64,000 bases of DNA from Eledone cirrhosa (Eukaryota): NCBI GenBank assembly GCA_964016885.1, contig OZ024743.1:156984001-157048000 (forward strand), given 5' to 3'. Position 1 is the first letter of the stretch; each line of letters opens with the position of its first letter. The notes beneath the pieces are model-generated. The model was not told where the DNA came from and ran no database searches. It was given only the letters and a program-made list of their open reading frames with translations. Made by a program: the position numbers and the translations under genes. Below, one piece after another: positions 12,802 to 25,275 of this stretch.

Positions 12802-14703
12802 ATGTTAAACGCAGCGAACGAAAATAGTGGTGGGGGGACAGCGGTAAGAGTTGTAAGCTCGCACGCTTTAGTCCTCCCTTCCTTCCCAACTAACGTCATA
12901 GAGAAGGAAGGAAAAATTAAAATAAAAACGGACGAATCTGCGGAGAAAAAATTAAATGACGAAAACATAAATCTGGACTTGGATTCCAACAACGAAAAAA
13001 AAAAATTTGAAAAATTGCATGACAATACTAATAACACAAACAAAGACACAACAAACAAAAAAATAACAGTTGAAAATAACACCATATCAGAAAACAAAGC
13101 AGACGACAAGATTTCATTTGCACAGAAAACAAAGAAATCTTTGACTTATATAGCGGAAAACATTTCAGATGTGGTACGAAGGATCACGGACGCCAAACAA
13201 TACATAAGTGAAGGTGAGAATGGTATTTTATCGGTAAAAATGCCTCAAGAATTCACGAAAGACATTGAAAGCCGAACGGTCAAGTTTCGGACCATCAACA
13301 ACAGTACAAAAAAACCTGAACAGCCTTCTCAAGCAGATATCAAAACAGTACTCACAGAAGTACTGAATGAAACAACTTTCATAAGAAAAGACAGACTGTA
13401 TGGAAGCCTAGCAATTATCATGAAGAACGAATCGGCGGCAAAAAAATGTGCTTTGTCACCGATTCGTTCAAAAAATTTCACCTTTTATCCATCTTATATG
13501 GGGAAAAGAACTCAACGCATATGGCTGGATGCAATGATGCCAGATGTGGACTACTGCTGGCTCATAGCTGGCTTCATCGATCCAGTGAATGACAACGTGA
13601 TTTCCATTGGGAGAACCACAGGCAATGCGTTCAGTGGAACAGGTATAGAGCTGGTAGTACAAATGAAGCCTGAACGCATCGCCCAAATACCCGACAGAAT
13701 CCTATTAGAGGACCACGGGTATATAAACATTAGCGTGGAGGGGAGAAGGCCGTCCTGCCATATCTGTGCAGGCAGAGGGCACCTGAAGGCCGCTTGTCCC
13801 CAACTCAACAAAAAGAAAACCCTGCTGCCAACACCAGCTCCACCACCACCACCACAACAGATAAACAAACAACAAAACTCAGTCCCACCCAACCCGTCCC
13901 TCAGTAAAACCACAACACCACCACAACACAAACAGTCACAACACATTACCCCAAAACAAAATACAGGCCCACCCAACCTCTCACTCAATAAAACAACACA
14001 ACCACCGCAGACACAACACACAACACAGTCTAACATAGTGACATCCATCTCCCCCACAAAGAAAACCAACACGGAAACATTACCAGCAAACATACCTCTT
14101 CCCTCCAACACTGAAGATAACCCAACGAATTCGGAGGAAGAAACGGAGTCCTTCAGACAGATTAAAAGGAAAAAAAGAAAACATGTGCAAAACACACAAG
14201 GCCAAACAACCCCCACCCAAATCTCAACACAATCCAACAAAACAGAAAACACCCCTCCAGCAACAAACAAAACCAAACCTGCCCCTCCCCTCTTCGAAAC
14301 ACTCACACCATCGGAAAAAAAGACATTACACTATACTTACATCAACAGAAACAATAATAAATTAAATGAACTCATATACAATAATCCTTCGGTACAAACC
14401 GAAGGTGTAAACTTTGTTTCGTCAGAAAACCACCCACATTTAAAACTAATAAAAATCCCAATGAACCTCTACCAAAAACTAAAAAAGGATTTTAAGGATG
14501 ACGTAGGACCACCCTCTGTCAAACCCATAAACCGCGTCCTACTAAAAAGCTTTCCCCCTCCCCTTCCCCTCCCCAACACAACTCCAAACACCCCAACCCC
14601 ACCACACACTGACGACCCCACACCACCACAAGACACCCCTTCACCCAACACCCCCGACCCCATGGAAGTCGTGCAACCCGAACCCCGGGAAGCGGAAAGG
14701 TAG
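12802..14703 (+). CDS. Tx1 ORF1, gag-like nucleic-acid-binding protein (633 aa)
   Basis: Intact ORF with CCHC knuckle CHICAGRGHLKAAC, Asn/Thr-rich N-terminus, Pro/Thr-rich linker and basic KRKKRK. Confidence 0.92.
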   Translation: MLNAANENSGGGTAVRVVSSHALVLPSFPTNVIEKEGKIKIKTDESAEKKLNDENINLDLDSNNEKKKFEKLHDNTNNTNKDTTNKKITVENNTISENKADDKISFAQKTKKSLTYIAENISDVVRRITDAKQYISEGENGILSVKMPQEFTKDIESRTVKFRTINNSTKKPEQPSQADIKTVLTEVLNETTFIRKDRLYGSLAIIMKNESAAKKCALSPIRSKNFTFYPSYMGKRTQRIWLDAMMPDVDYCWLIAGFIDPVNDNVISIGRTTGNAFSGTGIELVVQMKPERIAQIPDRILLEDHGYINISVEGRRPSCHICAGRGHLKAACPQLNKKKTLLPTPAPPPPPQQINKQQNSVPPNPSLSKTTTPPQHKQSQHITPKQNTGPPNLSLNKTTQPPQTQHTTQSNIVTSISPTKKTNTETLPANIPLPSNTEDNPTNSEEETESFRQIKRKKRKHVQNTQGQTTPTQISTQSNKTENTPPATNKTKPAPPLFETLTPSEKKTLHYTYINRNNNKLNELIYNNPSVQTEGVNFVSSENHPHLKLIKIPMNLYQKLKKDFKDDVGPPSVKPINRVLLKSFPPPLPLPNTTPNTPTPPHTDDPTPPQDTPSPNTPDPMEVVQPEPREAER

Positions 14704-14736
14704 GTCTCTACACTCTCCTTTGGCTCTGCCGCCCAC

Positions 14737-17700
14737 ATGGATGTGTTAAGAGTAGGATGTTTGAATGCACGTGGCCTGGGCTCAACTTGGAAGCAAGCAA
14801 AGCTTCTAAATGACCTCAGGTCATGTAGTATAAATGTAATGGTTATCTGTGAGACTCGAATCAGCGTCGTGCGGCAGCTGGCCCCCACCTTCGATGACTT
14901 TGAGGTGCATGCATCTCTCTGTCAACCTGGAGGTGGGGGTGGGGTTGTCGTACTGCTGCAAAAACACCTGGGTCTTGCCGTACAGGTTGTGCACTCGGAC
15001 CCGGAGGGTCGTTTGTTGGTGCTAGACGTTGGCAGTAGTGAAAGTGCGGCCTTGAGACTGGTCGCCGTCTACTCCCCTTTCGGAGCTGAACGGCCCGACT
15101 TCTTCCAGCGTTTGGAGACTTTTCTGGGAACGTCGCGTTCCTTGCTTCTAGCGGGGGATTGGAATGACATCCTGGATGCACGTTGGGACTATGCAGGAGC
15201 ATGTCCTAATAGAGGGGGGTGTAACAGCCTCAAGGGGTTACTCGACCGTTTTAACTTGGTCGATAGATATCGACTAGATTTTCCAACTGTGCCTACCTGG
15301 ACTTGGAGAAACCACAGTGGTCAATCTAGATCGTACTTAGATAGATTCTTAGTTAGAAGTAAGGATAGGGACATATTAAGCTGTCCAGAAATGCGCACGG
15401 TTGGCTACACGGATCACAAATTAGTGACCTGCGTGGTCAATCTCGAGAAAACACATAGACAGGATCCCGGTTACTGGAAACTTAATTTGTCTTTACCGGC
15501 AAAGGAGACTTACAGAAACCGGATTAGCAGATTAGTTAAGGAGAGGTTGACGGGTGCAATCGTCAACAACCGATGGTGGGCATCTCTCAAAAGAGAGATT
15601 AGAACAGAATCAATAAGTTATAGCAAGATGTTAGCTGCCGATAGGAATAGAAACGAGAAAGAATTAACAGGTAAATTAGAAGAGGCAATCAAGAGCGAAG
15701 ATGTGGCCAGAGTGCTGGCATCGAGGACGGCCTTGAACCAGTTTTTCGATGCAAAGCACGAAGGCTGCGTCATTCGAAGTAAAATACGTGCTCTAGGTAA
15801 TGAGGAGGCCAAAGCCGTTGGATGGGCCCGCGTGACAGAAGCTAAGAGTGGAAATCGATCCACCATCCGGTCGTTGCAAGACGAAGATGGACGAGTGATC
15901 CGGGAGCCTAAGCAGATGTGCGAAGCCTTTCAAAAGCACTTTGCCCGATTGTTCGGGGGAGGCGAGGGTCCGGGCCGGGGCGTGGATTTCGGTCCATACC
16001 TCGACGGCCTGCCGCGTCTCTCGAACGAAGAGGCAGAGTCCTGCGAGGGACCAATCTCGGCTGATGAGATCGGAGATGCGCTGAGCCAATGCAGCAGACG
16101 CAAATCTCCAGGTCTCGATGGTATACCTTACGAACTTTATTTAGCAATGCCGGTCTTCTTCTCCGAACTCCTCGAAGCGGTCTACTGCAATTGGCAGCAG
16201 AACGGGAGAATTCCTTGTTCTGTAGCCAAGGGCGTAGTCACGCTGGTGAGGAAGGACGAGAACAAGGGGGATAGTATAAATAATTTTCGGCCCATAACCC
16301 TGCTAAACACAGAGTTAAAGATTTTGGCCAAGGTGTTAGCAAAGAGGTTGGCGCTTGTCGTGGGTGGCCTGGTGGGAGATGCGCAGACATGTGCTATCCC
16401 ATCCAGGTCCATTCACGATAACCTCCACCTCATGCGATACATCATAGAGAGGGTTGGCAACAAACCCGGCTTCGGTGGGGCCCTGATCAACTTGGATCTG
16501 TCTAAGGCATTCGATAGGATCGACCATGGTTACCTGGATGCGGTGCTAGCGGCGGCTGGGTTCGGTCCTGTTTTCAGAGGCTGGATCACTGCCCTACATA
16601 GCAACCACATCTGTTCTAGGATCAAGGTGAACGGCTACCTTTCGAAGCCGTTCGAAATCACACGATCCATTCGACAGGGGTGCCCTCTCTCCTCCCTTCT
16701 GTACGTATTGACTCTCGAGCCTTTACTGAGGAAGTTGGAGTTGTTGCAGGGTATCCCCCTGGAACCAGGATTGAGCAAAGCGGTGTCGGCCTACGCCGAT
16801 GACGTAACAGTAATGGTATCAACCGACTCGGAGATCGAGGCGATCGGTACCTTACTGGAGGAGTACGAAAGGTTGTCAGGAGCGAAACTGAACCGGGAAA
16901 AATCCATCGGGCTGCAACTCGGAACGTAGAGAGGCAAACCGATGCCTCCTGACGGTGTCGTCGGACACTGGACGGAGGGCCCGGTAAAGTTGCTTGGGGT
17001 CTTGTTTGGACCGGACCTCCAGGTGGAAAAGAACTGGAACGAGGTTACGAACAAGGTGTTTGCACTAACCCAGAAATGGGCCAAGTGTAAGCTGTCCCTA
17101 AAAGGCCGGGCGGAGGTGGCGAACATTTACATAGCGTCCGTCACTTTCTACCGCCTGACTGTCGTGCCTTGCCCTAAGGAAACACTCACCACCATGGAAC
17201 GCATGCTCTTCCAATTTCTTTGGAAGAAGCGTCCTCCTATGGTGAGAAGATCCATCTGCTGCCAACAACCTTCGAAAGGAGGGCTGGGGATGCCGTGGTT
17301 GATGATGCGTAGGCACGCATTAAGGCTACGGCACCTACATGTATTCCTCACTGGTCAACCGGTGTGGGCTCCGTTCGTGAAACGAGCCTTTCCGAGACTC
17401 GTCTCACTCACCGAGCTACAGTCCTGGGTCAAGCAAAGATCCGGAAAACTGGGAGACTGGCACACTGAGTGTGCTCAGGCGCTCAGGGCTCTCTGGCAAG
17501 CGGGCCAGGCCATCGGTGGAGAATCCACCTCATCATTCTATAGAGGGCTGGTGGCTAGCAGGGGCGATGACACCCTTGGAGAGTCGCTGGACATGGAAGA
17601 AGACGAACTGGCCAGCCTGTTCGGTAGGACTTTCGGCCCAGGACCAATGGACAACTTCCAGAAGTCACTGGCCTGGCAGTGCTACCGAGGGGCTCTACCC

Positions 17701-18174
17701 GTTCGAGAGAGGCTCTACAGACACGGGCGCCCGGGCAGGGATCCATCAAAAAAGATTTGCCCTAGATGCGTGCGTCACGAAGAAACCGTAGCGCACGCAT
17801 TGGTGCAATGTCCGGGCGTGGCTGATCTGTGGGGCTACGCCGAACAACTGCTGTCGCGGGTGGCGCCGATTAAATTGACCGCCGAGTCCGTGATGACAAT
17901 CAAACCGCCTCCGCTCTTCACAAAGGAAGCAAAGGCGGTTTTTCTGTGCGTAATAGCCATGTTGAAAGAGGTTGTTTGGTGGACACGATTGAAAGGTCTG
18001 AGGTCAGGCAACTTCCTCTCTGGCCATAGTCTGGTCTACTTCTTCCGATATCACTTCGGAAGAAGGATAAGAATGGAGAGAGAGGTGCTTGGCCACAGGC
18101 AGTTTTATGAAAGGTGGGTGATAGTGGCGAGAATGGCTCGTGTAAATGGGCGTTCTCTGTATACCATCCTGTAG
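14737..18174 (+). pseudogene. Tx1 ORF2 (APE endonuclease, reverse transcriptase, Cys-rich domain) broken by one in-frame TAG at 16927-16929
   Basis: APE motifs LNARGL, AGDWN, SYLDRF, TDHK; RT motifs KSPGLDG, FRPITLLN, DLSKAFD, RQGCPLS, YADD; C-terminal CPRC..ETVAHALVQC. ORFs 14737-16929 and 16942-18174 are in the same frame. Confidence 0.93.
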
Positions 18175-18769
18175 GTAAAGAAGTAAAGGAGAGGGGAGCA
18201 CCTTCTCCATGTGCTCCCCGGGCAAAGGATTGCACACTTTTTCGGGGGTGTGTGCAACCCCCATCACGTCCCCTCCCTTTTGAGGTTATTTTCGATTATT
18301 TTCATGTTACACCCTTTTTACTCGATTATATGTAAACTCCCCCTTTGTATTTGTCCCTTCTTTTTATGCCTTTATGGTAAATAAAGAAATCTATATATGT
18401 ATACATAACGTACACACACACGTGCGCTCGCACGCACACACACACGTGCGCTCGCACGCACACACACACCCGTGCGCGCACACACACGAACCAAAGTATC
18501 GTCTTCCTGTCTTCCTTCGGTTGAAACGTTCTTCGAAATATTTACTTCTGCGTTCACAGATTTTTTTTTTTAGTTTCAGAAGATCCCGTTAAGAGTGAAA
18601 GCAGCGATTCTTTGCTTTAACTTTCATCTGTTATTTTAATATATATATCATTCTCTATGAGTCTCTGTTTGTAGATCCTGATATATTTTATTTTTCTCAT
18701 ATAATACACAAACCTGTGCACATACAAGCAAGCTCACACTAATGCTCACCCACATAAACACATACATAA

Positions 18770-18810
<41 letters not shown>

Positions 18811-18836
18811 CGCGTGTGTGTGTGTGTCTACGTATG

Positions 18837-18868
<32 letters not shown>

Positions 18869-19336
18869 GGGGTGTGCGTGTGTGCGCGCGTGCGAGTGTA
18901 CGTATGTATATATATATATATGTAACTATATATATATATATATATATATATCCATACATACATATATACATGTATATAACCATACACGCATATGCATATG
19001 TATATAAATATATGAGTTTTGTTGTATGTGTGTATGCGCCTTATCTACGTAGAAATTCCACACACCACCCATGTTATCAATAATCCCGCACTGCTCAAAA
19101 TTTCTTGCAATGTCAAATTGTTCTCAATATAATTATTCAGAAGTTTTGCTTCCAGTAATCTTCGTTAAGTACATTATATTCATTTAATTAGAAGGGAAAA
19201 GAAGTTCTTTAGAGATTGTTATATTGATCTATGCCTACTCTGTCCCTGTTCTTCGTTCTGTCTTCATGCCTTTCCCCACTCTCATTCCTTTAATCTCATT
19301 CTCTTTCCCCTCCATTTTCCTCTCTCTCTCTCTCTC

Positions 19337-19398
<62 letters not shown>

Positions 19399-19442
19399 AA
19401 GTTAAATAAAAGTCAAATGATTAAAATTTAGCTTCGTTTATT

Positions 19443-19497
19443 ACTGCTATATATATTTCAGTGACAGCCATCTTTGGCTGTGACCTCTTCAGGCAGT
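19443..19497 (-). ncRNA. Minimal type-I hammerhead ribozyme, mirror of 19728-19782
   Basis: Reverse complement of the + strand copy. Confidence 0.85.
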
Positions 19498-19727
19498 TTG
19501 AATTAGTATGGTATAGACAAGTACATATGTTGTTTAGGTGTATGATATTGTCAATTCTCTGATATGCCCAGTTCCTTGTTGGGTTGTTAATTCACTGGGG
19601 AACTGGAGTCATATGACTCCAGTTCCCCAGTGAATTAACAACCCAACAAGGAACTGGGCATATCAGAGAATTGACAATATCATACACCTAAACAACATAT
19701 GTACTTGTCTATACCATACTAATTCAA

Positions 19728-19782
19728 ACTGCCTGAAGAGGTCACAGCCAAAGATGGCTGTCACTGAAATATATATAGCAGT
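19728..19782 (+). ncRNA. Minimal type-I hammerhead ribozyme
   Basis: ACTGC-CTGAAGA-GGTCACAGCCA(AAGA)TGGCTGTCACT-GAAA-TATATA-TA-GCAGT, followed immediately by AATAAA. Predicted cleavage after 19777. Confidence 0.85.
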
Positions 19783-19927
19783 AATAAACGAAGCTAAATT
19801 TTAATCATTTGACTTTTATTTAACTTTATTTTACACTACTCCGGAGTAACCAAACCAACCTGCGCACTTCGTCGAGTGCTCCAGCCTGCATACTGAGGTG
19901 TTGGTATACAACCAACATAAACTCAAA

Positions 19928-19965
<38 letters not shown>

Positions 19966-20179
19966 AGGTGTCCTTGAAATATTTAAAATGAAATAGATAT
20001 GGTTTTATAATTATAGTTTCCATTTATTAATATATTGTATTTTTACTCTTTAAAATTTGTTGAGTGTTTTAAATCAGATGTAAAAATATTTGCCTGTTGT
20101 AGCCCAACAAATTAAATATAACTTCTACATATATTCTGCTCCTTTAATGTCGAGCGCTTTATATTATAACTGAAAAATA

Positions 20180-22326
20180 ATGGAATTCTTTAAGATCTCT
20201 TCTTCTCTATACCTAGGAATAAAGACTTTATAAAACAATTAATAGAAAAATCAGACACATTTATCAGAAGAATCAGGTGGCGTTCTTTCACTTCGATAAA
20301 TCTGATGTAAAAGAGAATATTTCCAATCTTGATAGAATCTTCAAATCTTAAAAAAATCCACCTTCCAACAAACTACTAATGGATTTTGAAAATGAAATCA
20401 TCTCTATCATTCAAAACATTAAATTAAAAAAAAAAAACTTCATAGGCCATGATTACTTCAGAAATCTCAAGTATAATATTGAAAACTTGGAGAAAACGGA
20501 AAAAATTCTAGTAAAGTCGGACAAAACCAATAATCTTTATGGAATGCAGAAGGATATTTATAACAATCTTATATTAAAGGAATTAAGGAAGAAATACAAA
20601 ATAACAACTAATGACGACTTTGAAAAATTGAATACAGACGCTTCTTACATAATGCAGGATTTAGGCATTGAAAATAGGACACAGCCCTTCATGCCAAGGA
20701 AACCAAAAATTAATATAAAGGACTTACCAGTTAGATTAATTGCACCATTTAAATCGGACCTTGGCATACTTAGTAAGAACATTTTAGACAGAATAATACC
20801 ACAAATTAAGGAATTATCATATCTAAAATTATGGAAAGGAACTAATTGGATATTGCTAATTATTACTCATCCATCACTCCTAATCTACTTAATAAAGCAC
20901 TAACATATGCATTTAAACATACAGACTTAACTAGTACTGAAATGCACATTATCCTAACGGCACGGAAAACATTAATTAAATTTAACAACGAACTCTGGAC
21001 TAGAGCAGATAGAGATAATAATTTCGATGTCACTATGGGGTCATCGGATTCCGCCCAGTTAACGGATCTTGTGGGACTTTTTATAAATAATACTCTACAC
21101 AGAAAAATACCGGAGATGACCGGAGGTTTATATCGCGACGATATGCTTTTACTTATCAAAAATAATAACTGTGAATTAAATAGGAAAAGAAAAGAAATTA
21201 TACAATTTTTTTAATTACCTTAATCGTAAAGTAGAAATAGAGTATAATTATGAAATAGTTAACCTTCTAGATGTAACTTTAAACCTTAACACATGTCTTC
21301 ATTATCCATTTCACAAATTAAACGAGAACTTAAACTACGTTAATTTTAACTCCAATCACCCCAGATCAGTTAAAAATACTATAGTAAATTATGTACAGCA
21401 ACGCATTTCTAGAATTTCAGCTAATAAGAATATTTTTGATGATAAAGCGCAATATTACAACGAAGAGTTAAGTAGAGCTGGATATAGTTAAATACATTGA
21501 TAATAATAATTGATAATAATAATTAAATACATTGATAATAATAATATAACAACTAACCATAATTTTAACAATTTTAACAACTATAATAGAAAAGCTTACA
21601 ATAATTCGAAAAACAAAAAAAGATATAGAACTAGGAATATATTATGCTTTCTCATTAAATATTAAAACTCCTATAGCTAAACTATTCTTTAAAGCTCTTG
21701 ACAAATGCTTCCTTAGAACATATAGATATTACTCATATTTAATAGACATACTATAACATTAACTTATTCAACCACCGGTAATTTAGTGCAGAATATTAAT
21801 AGAATTAATAATAGAAACTTAAAACCTAACCAGAATATCATTAACAACACCAACAATATCCAATTTAATAAGACGGCTCCTAGTAACTTGAATTTTGACA
21901 AAAGTAACTGTAGAAACAAATATAACTCTCCGTTAAATAACAATTGTTTAGCTAAAAATATAGTATATAATTGTAATGTAAAACTAATTTAAATTCATTT
22001 CATTATGTAGGTTCTACTTCCACAGACTTCAAATCTCGTTTTAATAATCATAAATGCTCTTTTACGAATATAAAAAAAAAATCTTCAACTTCTCTATCTA
22101 GCTTACTGTGGGACCTAAAATTAAAGAACATTAACTATTCTTTACTTTGGAATATTATTTCTCTAAAGCTCCTCCATTCTATTCTTCTTCAGAAAATTGT
22201 GCTCTTTGTATAGAGGAAATATTCTTTATATTAAAGAGCAAAAATCCTGTGAATCTAAGAAACAATCTCTTTAGTTGCTGCAAACATAGATTGTTTTCAA
22301 CGTTTAAATATAAATTTAAAATGTAA
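20180..22326 (+). pseudogene. PLE RT plus GIY-YIG ORF with several frameshifts and stops
   Basis: LIEKSDTFIRRIRW, VKSDKTNNLY, VRLIAPFKSDLG, MGSSDSAQLTDLVG, GLYRDD, YVGSTSTDFKSRFNNH, CALC, CCKH. Confidence 0.88.
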
Positions 22327-22856
22327 TATATAACTCATCTTATTAAACCTAACGATAAATCACTAGATTCCTTCGTACGACTGCCAAAAAGTCTCTTAAA
22401 GGAGAAACATTTAATTTTCTTCTAGATAAACATACTTAAATTTTTTTTAAGAAAATGGATATATAAAAAAATAAGATAAACATACTGAAAGTTTAAAAAA
22501 AAAGGGTTTTTGTTTAATTCCTCTGATGGATATATAAAAAGTTATAATTCATATTTTATACTGCGTTTATACTATGTTTTTTCTATGTATTCTTATATAT
22601 ATTTTTAAAAAAGCTACATATTTTTGGAATGCTATTGCTTAAAAATTACATTGCTTAAAAATATAATTCCTTTTAAAATTATATAATTATATGTTTTAAA
22701 AATTGTAATTCCTTTTTTAAAAATTGTAATTCCTTGTAAAATTATAATCCTTTTAAAATTATAACTCACATTTTTATTTTATTTTATATTATGTATTTTG
22801 TATTTATATATATATATGTATATATGTATATGTATGTGTGTATATGTATGTATATG

Positions 22857-22889
<33 letters not shown>

Positions 22890-23452
22890 ATGTGTGCCTA
22901 TCCATCTATGTATGTCTATGTATATGTGGGTCTATATATATAGACATGTATAATTTTGAATGCATTCTATGAGTGAACTCATGTAAAAAGGTTTTTTTAC
23001 GGTTTTTTACGGTTTATGCTTTAGATATATTCTTAAGAAAAACTTTAAATATTAAGACGTTATACTAAACAAACTCATATTTTAACAGTCACAACTATAT
23101 AACAGGTGGCTCTATAAAATATATAAATGTTATAACTTACTATAAAATAATATATGGTTCTCTTATAATCTTAACTTTTTTATCATCTTAACTTTTATAA
23201 TCTTTTAATCGTTAGAACTATCTAAATTACAAATAAATCAATTAATTTCCCCTCACGCTGTATTGCTATTACTAAGAAGAGCTTTCTTTCAGTAAAATCT
23301 CTGAACATTCCTACATTTTAAACATATACTTTGTCATTTCTTATAAGTTTTATTGTTAATTAAACAATTAATAATAAATTGTTGGTTGATGATTAATAAT
23401 AAATTCATGTAAGGTTATGTTTGTTGATGGTGTGTGTATATATTTATATATG

Positions 23453-23565
<113 letters not shown>

Positions 23566-24062
23566 TCTTTTAATAAAATATAAATCTCAATTTTTAATTT
23601 TTTATTTATAGGTCTCAATAATTTAATCAAATTTAAACAATAGATAAATTTCTCCGGTTACTACTATCTATTTATTTATTTATCTATACGCGCTAACTCA
23701 TCCAACTATATATTTATATTTTCGCTTCATCATTTCATAAAACTACGTTAATAAATCACTCTCTCACTTAGGGTTTTCTCTCTTTCTCTTTCTCTTTCTC
23801 TTTCTTCTTTTGTTTTTTCCTATTCCTTTCCCTTTTCTTTTCCTTTGTTTTCCTTCTTTGGATTTGCTCTTTCTGTCTCCTTTTCTTTTTCCCTATTCCA
23901 ACGACCTAATTTAAATGTATGGGATTTAAATCTCTCCGACACTAATTTACATAATAGACCAATAATAAAATCAGTAACCCCATTATCAGGGAGCTTCCAA
24001 CAGACATGGTCGCATTCTTTCAAGGGTATGTCAATATTTGTTTATAAAACTGATCTATATTA

Positions 24063-24127
24063 TATTTTATCTGATGAAAGCACACCATAATTTGCTTTGG
24101 TGTCCTTGAAATATGTATAATGAAATA
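24063..24127 (+). ncRNA. Type-I hammerhead ribozyme in the 3' pLTR
   Basis: TATTTTAT-CTGATGA-AAGCACACCA(10 nt)TGGTGTCCTT-GAAA-TATGTA-TA-ATGAAATA. Confidence 0.85.
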
Positions 24128-24165
24128 AATATGGTTTTATAAATATAGTTTCCATTTATTAATAT

Positions 24166-24236
<71 letters not shown>

Positions 24237-24454
24237 TTATATGTAAGTATGTATGTATACGTACGTATAGATATATGTATACAGACGTACAGTAGTATGT
24301 ATATATATACACACATATATATATGCACGTATCGGTTTCCCGAACATTTATTATAATGCTCGGTTTGTTCATTTTTAAACAAACAAACAGCCAGAATTAC
24401 GCCGTACAGTCTTTAAGCAACCACGTCACCTTTTTGTTCAACACTGACACAGGA

Positions 24455-24497
24455 ACGATGTACTAGTTTTAAGCTTATTAGCTATCGTCAGCATAGT
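24455..24497 (-). ncRNA. Hammerhead with GAAA mutated to AAAA
   Basis: ACTATG-CTGACGA-TAGCT(AATA)AGCTT-AAAA-CTAG-TA-CATCGT. Confidence 0.65.
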
Positions 24498-24755
24498 ATA
24501 CCTTCCTGCCAGATGGTTGAAGGTCTGAAAGTATATACTTTCCTTATGCATATTAACGGCTGAGCAGCCTAATTTGCATATCGAGTGAGTTCAGTCGGCC
24601 GGGCACAAGGAAAACGATAAATGGAATAGAATGAAACGAAATTTCATTTCTCACTCTTAGTACGGTACTTACTTAAATGTAAGTATGTATGTATGTATAC
24701 GTACATACATATATGTATACAGACGTACAGTCGTATGTATATATATACACACATG

Positions 24756-24794
<39 letters not shown>

Positions 24795-24920
24795 GTATCG
24801 GTTTACCGAACATTTATTATAATGCTCGGTTTGTCCGTTTGTAAACAAACAAACAGCCCGAATTACGCCGTACAGTGTTTAGGCAACCACGTCACATTTT
24901 TGTTCAAAATTGACACAGGA

Positions 24921-24963
24921 AGGATGTATTAGTTTCAAGCTTATTAGCTATCGTCAGCATCGT
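24921..24963 (-). ncRNA. Minimal hammerhead
   Basis: ACGATG-CTGACGA-TAGCT(AATA)AGCTT-GAAA-CTAA-TA-CATCCT. Confidence 0.75.
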
Positions 24964-25232
24964 ATACCTTCCTGCCAGATGGTTGAAGTCTGAAAGTATA
25001 TACTTTCCTTATGCATATTAACGGCTGAGTAGCCTAATTTGCATATCGAGTGAGTTCAGTCGGCCGGGCACACCGAAAACGATAAATGGACTAGAATGAA
25101 ACGAAATTTCATTTCTCACACTTAGTACGGCACTTACTGAACTCAGCCGATATGTAAATTAGGCTGCTCAACCGTTAATATGCATAGGGAAAGTATATAC
25201 TTTCAGACTTCAACCATCTTGCAGGAAGGTAT

Positions 25233-25275
25233 ACGATGCTGATGATAGCTAATAAGCTTGAAACTAATACATCGT
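25233..25275 (+). ncRNA. Minimal hammerhead
   Basis: ACGATG-CTGATGA-TAGCT(AATA)AGCTT-GAAA-CTAA-TA-CATCGT, with a 6-bp stem I. Confidence 0.8.

Larger units (their letters stand above)
12569..18388 (+). mobile_element. Full-length Tx1/L1-type non-LTR retrotransposon
   Basis: Perfect 21-bp TSD ATCTATATATGTATACATAAC at 12548-12568 and 18389-18409. Contains ORF1 and ORF2 and ends in AATAAAGAA without poly(A). Confidence 0.95.
19392..19833. repeat. Perfect spacer-less 442-bp palindrome (inverted pLTR-like) with two hammerheads
   Basis: Centre GAGTCAT|ATGACTC at 19612/19613; arms complementary out to both ends. Confidence 0.95.

Noticed and set aside
12741-18267. Antisense and alternative-frame ORFs over the Tx1 element, such as 13551-14306(-)
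   Set aside because: Shadows of the A/C-rich sense strand with no motifs.
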